This document shows positions 1 to 8,549 of a stretch of DNA of 64,000 nt, one piece after another (positions within the stretch are counted from its first letter, which is position 1; each line of letters begins with the position of its first letter). The notes below the pieces were generated by a model. That model ran no database searches. It had not been told where the DNA came from and saw nothing but the letters and a program-made list of their open reading frames with translations. This stretch comes from Synechococcus sp. (GTDB lineage Bacteria; Cyanobacteriota; Cyanobacteriia; PCC-6307; Cyanobiaceae): the NCBI GenBank assembly GCA_047285535.1, contig JBJBDC010000001.1:1664136-1728135 (forward strand), written 5' to 3'. The translations under genes and the position numbers were made by a program.

Positions 1-1899
1 AGATTTGTTTTTTACACAGAATCTGATAGCAACAAGGTAAGGCTCTTCCTAGAGGCGTATCAAGGCGAAGAAGGTGAAGTCAATTTCGATGATGTTTCCG
101 TCGTCGAAGGTGTTTTACCTCTGCCTAGTGCGTCATCTGGTGAGGGATGGGAATCTCCTCCTTTGTTGCCAAAACTTGTCGACGATGGTGATGAAATGAT
201 TTTAAATCATGATTTTGCAGAAGGTCTAGACAAATGGGTGACCGATCATGCCAGTTGGACGGAAAGTGGTGAGCTGACCTTAACGGCAACTCAGGATGAA
301 ACAGGAAGGGCAGTGCAGGATATTCCATTCGCACTCGCCCCTAATACCACATATACACTTCATGCTCGAGTCAAGGCGACTGGAGAAGGGGCGACCATTG
401 GGATTACTGATCGCGATGAACTAACTGCCTCATTGCAAATTAATAATAGTGAATACAACGATTTAGCACTGTCATTCACAACTGATGATGAATATAGGAA
501 AATTCGAGTTGTTTTAGAGCAATACAAGGGCTCGGAAGGTGAGCTCTCGATAGAGAATATTTCACTATTGGCAGAGGGTGGGGAATGGTTGGATACGCCG
601 GAACCAATACCAGCAATGACCACTGATATTCTCTTTGACGATTTTAATTCTCCTCTGGATCCGCAAAAGTGGTTGGTGGTCGATAAAGCCTGGGGCGGTG
701 ATAATGGTGGCCTGGTTCCAGAAAATGTCGAATTAAAGGATGGGTTGCTGTTGTTGCATGCACATGGTGATGAATACAATGGTGATGTAGTTGGTCATAA
801 TGAACGCAAGACTCGTGTTGGTTCTGGTATTGCCACTCGCGATTATTATGCATCTGGACGGTATGAAGTTCGAGCACGCATTCCTGAAGACTATGGCGCT
901 GCTTCTGCATTTTGGACTTTCCACTATATGGAGCACTTTCCCAGTGAGACAGAGTATTGGGAGGAACCAAGCCGTGTTCGCAATTCAGAAATCGACTGGG
1001 AATTCCCTACTGCTTTGCAAGATGGATCTAGCCATGACCCAATTTCCTTCGATAATGCCAGGTTAAATAGTTGGGGAGGAGAGCTTGGTGGTGAAGGTGC
1101 GCATCATCCAGGACGACTTCAAGTCATTAATGATGGAGAGTTTCATACATATGGTATTGATTGGCATAGTGGTGATGAAGCAACCACTCCTGCTGTGATT
1201 TGGAGCATCGATGATCAAGAAGTATATCGACATGAAGGCGTATCTTTTGGTCAAGACAATATCCCTTCAATAGCCTCCCGTTTTTGGCTAGGGATCTGGT
1301 TTCCAGCTGCAGGATACAAAGAGCTTATCGATGGTGAATATGTTGATCGTGTTGGATGGGCTGGCAATCCTAGCTTTGATGAAACGACGTTAGAAATAGA
1401 CTGGGTCCGTATCACACCTTTTAACGAAGGAAATGATCGTTGGCTTAGCGAAACATGGCCTAATGGCTGGTATGCCTTGCCACATGAATATCCTGATTTT
1501 GCTGCACAAACTTTTCTCCAGCCATTGACCGAAAGTCCTAAGGGAGATCTGCTGATAGGGACTGATGCGGTTGATATTTTTGAATTTAAGCCTGGTGATT
1601 CCACCTCTTTGCATATCGACCATATTATTGACTATACAATCGGATTAGATCGCATTTTGGGTTGGAGTACTGACAGTTCTGTTGACTACTTAGGTGAGCT
1701 TCAAGATATTCAACGAGAAACACTCACAGCACCTATAAATCAAAATGCTTTGGCCGCAAATGATGCAGCTAGCTTTACGGTGAATGAAAGAACATATTTA
1801 TTGATGAATGATAGTCAGCCTGGGTTCGACTGGGATAAAGACACTTTGATTGAAATTACTGGCTTTAGTGGTGACATTAATCAGCTATCAATAGGCTAA
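1..1899 (+). CDS. Glycoside hydrolase family 16 protein with CBM4/9-like modules and a C-terminal bluetail/RTX-like domain (5' partial)
   Basis: Frame 1 is open from base 1 (RFVFYTESDSNKVRLFLEAYQGEEGEVNFDDVSV..). GH16 catalytic motif SEIDWE, YEVRARIP and FHTYGIDW are present. The C-terminus DLLIGTDAVDIFEF..TYLLMNDSQPGFDWDKDTLIEITG resembles the tails of cyanobacterial secreted proteins. Confidence 0.8.
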   Translation, partial: RFVFYTESDSNKVRLFLEAYQGEEGEVNFDDVSVVEGVLPLPSASSGEGWESPPLLPKLVDDGDEMILNHDFAEGLDKWVTDHASWTESGELTLTATQDETGRAVQDIPFALAPNTTYTLHARVKATGEGATIGITDRDELTASLQINNSEYNDLALSFTTDDEYRKIRVVLEQYKGSEGELSIENISLLAEGGEWLDTPEPIPAMTTDILFDDFNSPLDPQKWLVVDKAWGGDNGGLVPENVELKDGLLLLHAHGDEYNGDVVGHNERKTRVGSGIATRDYYASGRYEVRARIPEDYGAASAFWTFHYMEHFPSETEYWEEPSRVRNSEIDWEFPTALQDGSSHDPISFDNARLNSWGGELGGEGAHHPGRLQVINDGEFHTYGIDWHSGDEATTPAVIWSIDDQEVYRHEGVSFGQDNIPSIASRFWLGIWFPAAGYKELIDGEYVDRVGWAGNPSFDETTLEIDWVRITPFNEGNDRWLSETWPNGWYALPHEYPDFAAQTFLQPLTESPKGDLLIGTDAVDIFEFKPGDSTSLHIDHIIDYTIGLDRILGWSTDSSVDYLGELQDIQRETLTAPINQNALAANDAASFTVNERTYLLMNDSQPGFDWDKDTLIEITGFSGDINQLSIG

Positions 1900-2355
1900 G
1901 AAAGTAGGCCATTTACAAAATGGATAAATCAATTCAAAACTGCTTGTGAACTTGCTCAATGGAGACGCGCCGAAGTGATGCGCTGGCAAGAAAAGCTCGA
2001 CGAGGAAGAGTTCGCTGAGAGGTATGAAATAGAGCATGGCATCACCTATGGGTGCATTGAACAGATGCTGAGCTGTATCGACTAAAAATTTGTGCTCGAG
2101 CTATTGACCTAAATAGGTCAGCTGGATTAGCCAGTCCAGTCCTATGCCGTGCTGACGAAAACCTGGAGTGGTCTGAATGCTGATGGCTGATTTGTCACTT
2201 TCACCCAAATGGCAGATGTGGAGGTAGGGGTTCAGCTGCGATCATTGGTTAATTCGTGACAGTGAACAGCGACCATTGACCGAACATGCAAAATTCATCA
2301 ATGACAGCTAAGGCTTAAGTTCAATCATGATTGAACAGTTTTTCAGCAGCCAATC

Positions 2356-2379
2356 AAAAACACCGCTCGCGGCGGGGTT
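2356..2379 (-). terminator. Degenerate intrinsic terminator of peptide cassette copy 1
   Basis: aaaaacaccgctcgcggcggggtt; homologous to the terminator at 5043-5067. Confidence 0.45.
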
Positions 2380-2405
2380 AGCTTTACAACTAAACCAGCG
2401 AATGA

Positions 2406-2552
2406 TCAGCTAGCACGTGCAGCAAGCTTGGCTGGTGACTGATGAGCTGACGTGTAATCGATGACTTCTGAATGGGCAGCAAAATCACCCTAAACTTGAT
2501 GCAGGCGTTGTGACTTCAGCTCTTTTTCTTTAATCAGGAGGAGGGTATTCAT
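2406..2552 (-). pseudogene. Small riboswitch-linked DUF4278-like peptide gene, copy 1, with premature TAG at codon 21
   Basis: MNTLLLIKEKELKSQRLHQV*GDFAAHSEVIDYTSAHQSPAKLAARAS*; colinear with the intact copy at 5094-5240. Confidence 0.7.
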
Positions 2553-2570
2553 GGGAACCACCAACAACAC

Positions 2571-2624
2571 CTCAAACCCTGTTGCTTATTTGAGATCGAA
2601 CTACGTCCCTTTGGAGGACCAACT
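2571..2624 (-). ncRNA. Glutamine-II (Downstream-peptide) riboswitch, degenerate copy
   Basis: Minus strand AGTTG-GTCCT CCAA AGGGAC-GTAGTTCGAT-CTCAAAT-AAG-CAACAGG-GTTTGAG has the same P1/P2/pseudoknot layout as the copy at 5259-5313. Confidence 0.65.
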
Positions 2625-2818
2625 TACCTTGACAATCAGGGGAGTTCTGGGATTGCAAAGAGTAGGAACCGAATCCCGGCTGACGTTAAAACCGATCCCT
2701 TGGATTCACCAGTGGCATGGCTTGACGCGCAGAGGCAAGCCGTACATCTTCTAGCGGATAACCGATCTATGGAAGCAGGGAGTCCAGATCTAGACCTAAA
2801 TCATCGCTTGAGGTCTAC

Positions 2819-3067
2819 ATGACACTCACTTTCCGCGGATGTAACTACGAGCACCAAGCTCCAGCGACCGAAAAGCCTTCTGTGCAGCTGACCTACCGTC
2901 GCAGCCACTACCAAGCCCATCAACTACAAGCCTCATTCACTCAAGATCTTCAGGTACCCGCCGGGGGGTTCATTCGCTCTAAAAAGACTGCCGAATTGAT
3001 TGGCCTGTCATTAGAACCTTCCTTAACACATCATTTAAACTATCGAGGAGTTGAATACGTCAAATAA
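2819..3067 (+). CDS. DUF4278 domain small protein
   Basis: Repeated LT(Y/F)RG-like motifs: MTLTFRGCNY, LTYRRSHY, LNYRGVEY; GAGGT RBS upstream. Confidence 0.8.
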   Translation: MTLTFRGCNYEHQAPATEKPSVQLTYRRSHYQAHQLQASFTQDLQVPAGGFIRSKKTAELIGLSLEPSLTHHLNYRGVEYVK

Positions 3068-3134
3068 TCGCTACGAATACCAATTTTAGTGATTTCTAAC
3101 AGTGCAATAATGACATTGATTAAATATATTCTTC

Positions 3135-3164
3135 AAAGCCCCGGTCATTGCGGGGCTTTATTTT
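3135..3164 (+). terminator. Intrinsic terminator
   Basis: aaagccccg-gtcattg-cggggcttt followed by atttt. Confidence 0.7.
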
Positions 3165-3285
3165 GCCATAGGGTCATTAGTGAATTAGCGCATTGCAGTC
3201 AGAACCTGAACTAGCTTTTGGCTACAGTATCAATGATGACTGCTCATTCCAAGACATTGTTCACCTACAACACTAAAAGAAATCC

Positions 3286-3531
3286 ATGACTGAAATCAAA
3301 AGAAATATACAAGACCAGCCAAGTCTGCCCCCCGAAAGATACATACAAGCAAAAACCTTCTTGGATAATGGGGTAATCACCGAGGAACAATTCCTAGAAA
3401 TGACCCGTGGCCAAGCCAATCTCGAAGAAGAGAATGACTCTCATATCTTAGCCAACATGCAGAAGACTATCCTGGACATTGACGCGCGGCTAAGGAGAAT
3501 GGAGATAATGATGACCAAGATGTCCAAGTGA
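3286..3531 (+). CDS. Hypothetical protein (SHOCT-like segment plus coiled coil)
   Basis: 81-aa ORF; FLDNGVITEEQF resembles a SHOCT motif. Confidence 0.55.
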   Translation: MTEIKRNIQDQPSLPPERYIQAKTFLDNGVITEEQFLEMTRGQANLEEENDSHILANMQKTILDIDARLRRMEIMMTKMSK

Positions 3532-3542
3532 ACCCTTCTAAA

Positions 3543-3623
3543 ATGGAAGCATTTGTGATTTTTCCTACAACATTAACAACCGCCTTGATACTGCTAAGCC
3601 TTTTTTTGGTCGCATCTAGTTGA
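3543..3623 (+). CDS. Putative 26-aa membrane peptide
   Basis: MEAFVIFPTTLTTALILLSLFLVASS*, one hydrophobic stretch, 11 bp downstream of the previous ORF. Confidence 0.3.
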   Translation: MEAFVIFPTTLTTALILLSLFLVASS

Positions 3624-3747
3624 TTCTCAACTCAACACCTGGCCCAAAAAGAGTGAATCAATGAGTCATGTCTATTGTCAGGCAAAGAGAATGCCACACT
3701 TCTTGCATAAGCACAGTTACCAGTATTTACAACGATCGCAATTGAGA

Positions 3748-4098
3748 TCAAATGCTACTTTCTTTAATCAACTGAATTGCAGCATGAGCAATCGAGGACT
3801 TGTGATTCTTATACAATTCAGCAACTAAGTTTGCTGCCATCGGCGAAGTAGCAAATGGAATAAAAAGATCCAATTCTGGGCAATATGCAAAACAAGTGTC
3901 GATAGTTTTATACCCATTATTTTTTGATATGTGTTCTGCCAAAAGATGCACTAAATGAATTTTTGTCAAAGCCATTTCAATGTTGACAGCAACAGTGACT
4001 TTCCCGCCAGACCAGGCACCATCAAGAAGACCAACAGCAAACCATGAAGCAGCAGGAATGTCTCCACTCTGATCATTCATATTGAGGATGCTTTTCAA
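3748..4098 (-). CDS. Hypothetical protein
   Basis: 116-aa ORF (ATG at 4080 is an alternative start); no recognised motif. Confidence 0.5.
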   Translation of the reverse strand: MKSILNMNDQSGDIPAASWFAVGLLDGAWSGGKVTVAVNIEMALTKIHLVHLLAEHISKNNGYKTIDTCFAYCPELDLFIPFATSPMAANLVAELYKNHKSSIAHAAIQLIKESSI

Positions 4099-4484
4099 TA
4101 CTAGTATACTGCTGTTTTAATACATATAATACGACTCAGGGATAATCAAAAAAGAATTCAAAAAAATCCTGCTCGTGGCGGAGATGGTGAATATTTAGTC
4201 GGGAGATCGATAGCGACATCCAAACCCCTAGTTTTTCCTTAACGATGCTGGATAGCTCTTACCCAAATTGCTGCAAAGGTTGATGCGGATGCAAGTTAAT
4301 GCTGAGCTAGTTAATCAGTACAGATCGCCCAGCCATGAGCGGGTTTTTGCGTGCAATTGAATCGATAGGTCAGACCTTCGGATGATGGGCCCGACGATTG
4401 TCCATAGATTGGGAGTCGCGTGCTTCTATCGGTTCAAGCTCAATAGAAGCAGCGGCTCTAATCCTCTTGAGTGGCATAGGAGCA

Positions 4485-4509
4485 GAGGGATCGAATCCCT
4501 CCCTCTCCG
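4485..4509 (+). other. tRNA-Ser-like 3' fragment (T-arm plus acceptor strand), probable att scar
   Basis: GAGGG ATCGAAT CCCTC CCTCTCCG matches a T-stem/loop plus the CCTCTCCG acceptor of cyanobacterial tRNA-Ser; no 5' half upstream. Confidence 0.65.
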
Positions 4510-4516
4510 TTACTCG

Positions 4517-4541
4517 ATCGGTTCGAATCCGACCCTCTCCG
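4517..4541 (+). other. Second tRNA-Ser-like 3' fragment
   Basis: ATCGG TTCGAAT CCGAC CCTCTCCG, 7 bp after the first fragment. Confidence 0.55.
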
Positions 4542-4685
4542 TCGAAGCAAATTGAGGGAGCTCAACCACTCAGGCAAAGACCAAGCTTTGGTAGAGCACC
4601 TACATGGCATTCAGGGCTTGAGCAAAGACGGCTGATTAGAGCGTGGGATTCATAATTATCAAATTGTTTGTAATGACTCTTGCTA

Positions 4686-4874
4686 TCACCACTCACTGAT
4701 CGGATAAGAGCGGAATGATTTCCTTGACCGATGCCATGGAAGGAATGCTTTCTGTCCACTCATATTGTTTGACGTCTGCATCCAATTTCTCCTAGGCATA
4801 TTTGGGTATGGTTGCCGATTGATGCCTCCGCTGACTGATTGCAGTTGATCGAGTGTGAGTTCGTTGTTAGTCAT
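4686..4874 (-). CDS. CCRG-2-like RiPP/bacteriocin precursor with double-glycine leader
   Basis: MTNNELTLDQLQSVSGG leader followed by a 45-aa basic core. Confidence 0.75.
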   Translation of the reverse strand: MTNNELTLDQLQSVSGGINRQPYPNMPRRNWMQTSNNMSGQKAFLPWHRSRKSFRSYPISEW

Positions 4875-5042
4875 CGTTTTGAGTAAGGATTGTGGAGGTC
4901 TCCCTCCGATGCACACACCATCGTCTGAATCAATCGGAGAGTTAATGTCTTGAATCAAGCAGCGCTGTGATCTTGCTCATAGGGGCCGACCAAGCCAGCT
5001 GCAGTCTGTGGTTTCTGGGTTTCTGACAGTTCATCAGGCACT

Positions 5043-5067
5043 AAAAAACCCCGCTGATGGCGGGGTT
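5043..5067 (-). terminator. Intrinsic terminator of peptide cassette copy 2
   Basis: Minus strand AACCCCGC-CATCA-GCGGGGTTTTTT. Confidence 0.75.
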
Positions 5068-5093
5068 AGCGTTACAACCAAACCAGCTGAAGA

Positions 5094-5240
5094 TTAGTCA
5101 GACGATGAAGCAAGCTTGGCTGGTGACTGATGCGCAGAGGTGTAATCGATGCCCTCGGAATGGGCAGCGAAACTGAGCTGAGCATCAAGCAGGCGTTGTG
5201 CCTTCAGCTCTTTTTCTTTGATCAGGAGGAGGGTGTTCAT
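5094..5240 (-). CDS. Small riboswitch-linked DUF4278-like peptide (48 aa), copy 2
   Basis: MNTLLLIKEKELKAQRLLDAQLSFAAHSEGIDYTSAHQSPAKLASSSD*, lying between a riboswitch and a terminator. Confidence 0.7.
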   Translation of the reverse strand: MNTLLLIKEKELKAQRLLDAQLSFAAHSEGIDYTSAHQSPAKLASSSD

Positions 5241-5258
5241 GGGAACGACCGACAGCGC

Positions 5259-5313
5259 CTCAAACCCCGTTGCTTGTTTGAGATCGAACTGCGTCCCTTT
5301 TAAGGGACCAACG
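5259..5313 (-). ncRNA. Glutamine-II (Downstream-peptide) riboswitch
   Basis: Minus strand CGTTG-GTCCC TTAAAA GGGAC-GCAGTTCGAT-CTCAAAC-AAG-CAACG-GG-GTTTGAG: P1 CGTTG/CAACG, P2 GTCCC/GGGAC, pseudoknot CTCAAAC/GTTTGAG. TAAACT -10-like box just upstream. Confidence 0.8.
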
Positions 5314-5414
5314 TGAATCAAGTTTAAGGGACGTTTGCAGATTCTCGAGAATAGGAACCGAATCCTGACTGGCGAAACAACCGAATTCAATCCCAATCAG
5401 CTCTCTGATGCAGA

Positions 5415-5622
5415 GCGAACTCCGCTTGGGAGGAGACAACCCACAAAGCTTGTCCAGCTGCGACACAGCACCAACCACTGCACCGGGATTGTTTTGCACC
5501 AAACCCATTCGTGCACTCTGCATCAATAAATGAATGGCCTGTGCAACTAACTCAGTCCTTTCAAGATTGCATTGATCAATATCCTTGCGAATCAAGGCAT
5601 CAGCCTGTTGCACAGTATTCAA
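5415..5622 (-). pseudogene. Truncated helical mobile-element-type gene fragment
   Basis: ..ADALIRKDIDQCNLERTELVAQAIHLLMQSARMGLVQNNPGAVVGAVSQLDKLCGL; cut at the BCCT fragment. Resemblance to phage/satellite small proteins is from recall only. Confidence 0.3.
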
Positions 5623-5624
5623 CA

Positions 5625-6314
5625 GGTCATCACGTGGCTATCGGAGCTCAATGTGTGGCTCACCCTGGCCATGGAGGCGGGCCTGTCACTATTGGGCCCG
5701 GGCCTCTGGCTGATTTAGCACGTCTTCAGCAGCTTCATCACCTACCTGATCCATCTTCCGCAGATGGCTCTCACACCCAATGCCGTGCCGGCGAACTGGG
5801 TGAGTGGCTAATGGGGCTGGTTCATCGGCTATGCCCCTTGATGGGGCTGTTCACCTCCAGCGTCAGCCGGGGTCGCAGCATCCGTGAACTGGGGCTGGCG
5901 GTAGCCATCCTCTGCCCGATCGTGACCAACCTTTGGTTCACCCTGCTGGGGGCACCGGCTTGCATCTGGAGTTGGCCGGAGGCGGCATCAGCGAAGCCCT
6001 CGCCGAAAACAGAGCCGCCGCTGCACTGCTGACCATCCTCAGCCAGCTGCCCCTGGCTGGCCTGCTGATTCCGATCGGCCTTGTGCTGGTAGTGCTTGTT
6101 CATGTGCACCAGCGCCGACTCGATGAGTTACGCCACGGCCATGGTGGTGAGCGGCCGCAACGAGCCCCCTGCTCTGCTACACCTGTTCTGGGCCTTGATG
6201 ATCGGCAGCCTCACCTTGGTGCTGTTGCACATCGGCATGGGCCTGGGGGACAGCACCTCCATCGATGCCTTGCAAGCCTTCATCGTGATGACCGCAGTGC
6301 TGGCCACCCCCTGA
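5625..6314 (+). pseudogene. BCCT family (betaine/carnitine/choline) transporter, C-terminal fragment
   Basis: WGWFIGYAP / LMGLFTSSVSRGRSIREL..CPIVTNLWFTLLG / GGTGLHLEL..LSQLPL / FMCTSADSMSY are split across frames; in-frame stops at 5716 and 5809. Confidence 0.8.
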
Positions 6315-6383
6315 AGCGCGCCACGGCTGGCCTGGAAAGAATGGCGGCGGGGCACGGTCACTCCGCAGTGATGCCGCTGCCAA

Positions 6384-7082
6384 TCAACGCAGGCAGTAAT
6401 CCAATATGAGGGTGAGGCTCTGACTTGGCTTGGGAGCCTCCGCAGGCTTGAAGCTTGCCGCCCCCATGCGTGCAGCGATTATGGGCTGATAGGTCGATCC
6501 ACGCTGGTCAATCAGCAACAACTCCACCTTGCGCAGGCCTAGAACCCGAGCGGTGAACTGAGCACGACGTCGTCCCGTCTCGAGAGCTTGTTTCAGCAAC
6601 TGATCCGCCAATGAGGCACGGCTATCACTCGACGCCAAAGACGTCATTCCCTGCAGTCGAACCCCCGGCAAAAGACCAGCGGCCTGGATCAGCGCGTCGT
6701 AATTGTCACGGCTCACCTCGCCCGTGATGGTGGTGCTCGCACGTTCCAGCCGTGGTCCCGACGTGCCTCCCCCAACGGCATAGCTACGAGGTGCAGGGAT
6801 CGTGAGCTGAGCCAGAGCGAGCGGCTGAATGACCTGACGCGCCTCTGCCAACCGGGCGTTAAGGGCGCGCATCGCAGCGTCCTTACTGGCATTTTCAGCG
6901 TCGAGCCCGAGCGAAAAACGAAAACGATCACTGCGGGTGGTGCCACGCTCATTCACCTGGATCTGAAGCAGGGTTCCATTGCAAACACGCTCTGCAGCCA
7001 GCAGCGGGAATGGCGCCAGGACATTGAGCCCGAGCAGAACGGGCGCGACGACCTTGGCAGCGCCCCAGGGTCGAGAATTCAT
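6384..7082 (-). CDS. SIMPL (DUF541) domain protein
   Basis: Signal-like N-terminus; LLKQALETGRRRAQFTARVLGL is typical of SIMPL. Start may extend to 7145. Confidence 0.7.
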   Translation of the reverse strand: MNSRPWGAAKVVAPVLLGLNVLAPFPLLAAERVCNGTLLQIQVNERGTTRSDRFRFSLGLDAENASKDAAMRALNARLAEARQVIQPLALAQLTIPAPRSYAVGGGTSGPRLERASTTITGEVSRDNYDALIQAAGLLPGVRLQGMTSLASSDSRASLADQLLKQALETGRRRAQFTARVLGLRKVELLLIDQRGSTYQPIIAARMGAASFKPAEAPKPSQSLTLILDYCLR

Positions 7083-7624
7083 GGCGAACCTTCTGTTGAG
7101 ATCGCCATCCTGGCGAGCTTGGAGCGGCAAACCCTGCGCAACCATGACCGGCCTGTGTCAAGCCGTGACTGACCCGGGAGCTCAACCGTCGCGCTCAGAT
7201 GGCGACGGCGTACAGAGCAAAAAAACGACGCCGCAACCGCCAGGAGAAACGCAACTCCCGCAGCACGCGGACCATGACACCGCGCATCTCCTTACGCTCC
7301 TCCTCGGTCTGAGGCCCCGCTTAAACCCGTTGCGCAGCAGGCCGCACCGGGAAAAGACTGTTCCAGCTGACACCCCATTGCTACTGGGCAAAAGCTTCGT
7401 TGGAGCTGGCGTAAAAGGCCGAAACCCGGTCTTGAAGCGGTTGATCGAAGCCGGCAAATTTCTCCCGGGCCCCGAGCTGGATGTTCTGCTTGGAGGAACG
7501 GCCCGCAAGCCAACCCTCACCGCCCGGTTTCTCCTGCGGGGGATTGGTGGCGCGGTCCTTATTGGGAATGGGATTGAGTCTGACTAAAACCCCCGCCAAA
7601 CAGAAGGCTTGCGATTGATCGCTG

Positions 7625-7948
7625 ATGTCAGAGGCCACCACGTCCCACGTCGAGATGACGTGTCCTCAGGGGTTGACAGATTTGGAGCGGTTAGAGGGGC
7701 CATGGCTGAATTGCATGGGTGCCGGTGAACCAGAAAGTGTTGCCACGGTGATACGCCTGATGCTGGCTCACATGGCGGTTCTCAATAAGAAGGTAATGAG
7801 CGCGATGGTGCTTGACCGCCTGGACATGGAGTTGGGGATGTCCACAACGATGTCCACGCCTCAGGATGTCCACCGGGATGTCCACCGGGATGTCCACGGC
7901 CCCCTAAGCAATAAAAAGCGGACCCTTGAGTCCGCTGCGCTGGAATGA
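7625..7948 (+). CDS. Hypothetical protein running into a repeat array
   Basis: 107-aa ORF whose C-terminus is a translation of the GATGTCCAC repeats. Confidence 0.25.
   Translation: MSEATTSHVEMTCPQGLTDLERLEGPWLNCMGAGEPESVATVIRLMLAHMAVLNKKVMSAMVLDRLDMELGMSTTMSTPQDVHRDVHRDVHGPLSNKKRTLESAALE
7837..7897. repeat. Five direct copies of GATGTCCAC
   Basis: Copies start at 7837, 7849, 7865, 7877 and 7889 (spacing 12, 16, 12, 12). Confidence 0.9.
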
Positions 7949-8225
7949 TTTAAGGGGGCATTCCACCCCCACGAGTCACTTGGGTGATAAGGCTGACTTC
8001 ACCCCATCTCCCTTAAAAGGGTCAGGCAGCAACAGGGGCTGCTTGACGGGAGAAACGTACGATGTTGTTCGCAGTTACGGAATTTGCTCTGACCGAGCAG
8101 GCTTCAGTCACCCTCCTTATGCCCCGTCGAAACCATTGCAGCCCCGAGGGGAGAATGGAGCTGAGCGGAATCGAACCGCTGTCCGAAACACCGGTGTGGA
8201 CCACCTAGTCCGTTCAAGAACGGAC
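7945..8225 (-). ncRNA. ssrA: tmRNA, two-piece (circularly permuted) form
   Basis: On the minus strand the acceptor piece ..GCGGTTCGATTCCGCTCAGCTCCA (ends 8156) precedes GGGGCTGCAATGGTTTCGAC (starts 8145). Tag ANNIVRFSRQAAPVAA*. Outer ends approximate. Confidence 0.92.
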
Positions 8226-8549
8226 AACATCATTCTGACATCAAGCAATGCTCCTTGCCCATCCCCACACGCCAAGTACTCCAGGCCTGAGAGCAAGTTG
8301 GTAACGACTTAGCGAAAAAGCCGCAACAATCAAAACATCTGCGTCTCAGGCCCCAAGAGACGAGACCATCAAAAGCTTCGCATCAAAATCTGTCTGCACA
8401 GATCTTATTTCCGAGCCATATTCAACTCGCTATATGTAGCTTTTCGATCTCCACGAACGATCATCATTAGAGATCAAGCTGAAGGGTATCAGCAACCAGA
8501 CAAATGCTATTTCCCTACCTAGAATTTTCAAGCCATCAAAAAGTACTTT

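Noticed and set aside
1900..2085. Open frame continuing in-frame after the GH16 stop (..WINQFKTACELAQWRRAEVMRWQEKL..CID*)
   Set aside because: The GH16 tail domain appears complete at the TAA; more likely an unrelated gene remnant than readthrough.
4485..4541. Possible complete tRNA gene
   Set aside because: No D-arm, anticodon arm or 5' acceptor strand; reported only as fragments.
7182..7641. Several overlapping ORFs on both strands
   Set aside because: No recognisable motif; probably a decayed gene plus shadow ORFs.
7837..7897. CRISPR-like array
   Set aside because: 9-bp repeats with 3-7 bp spacers are far too short, and no cas genes are present.
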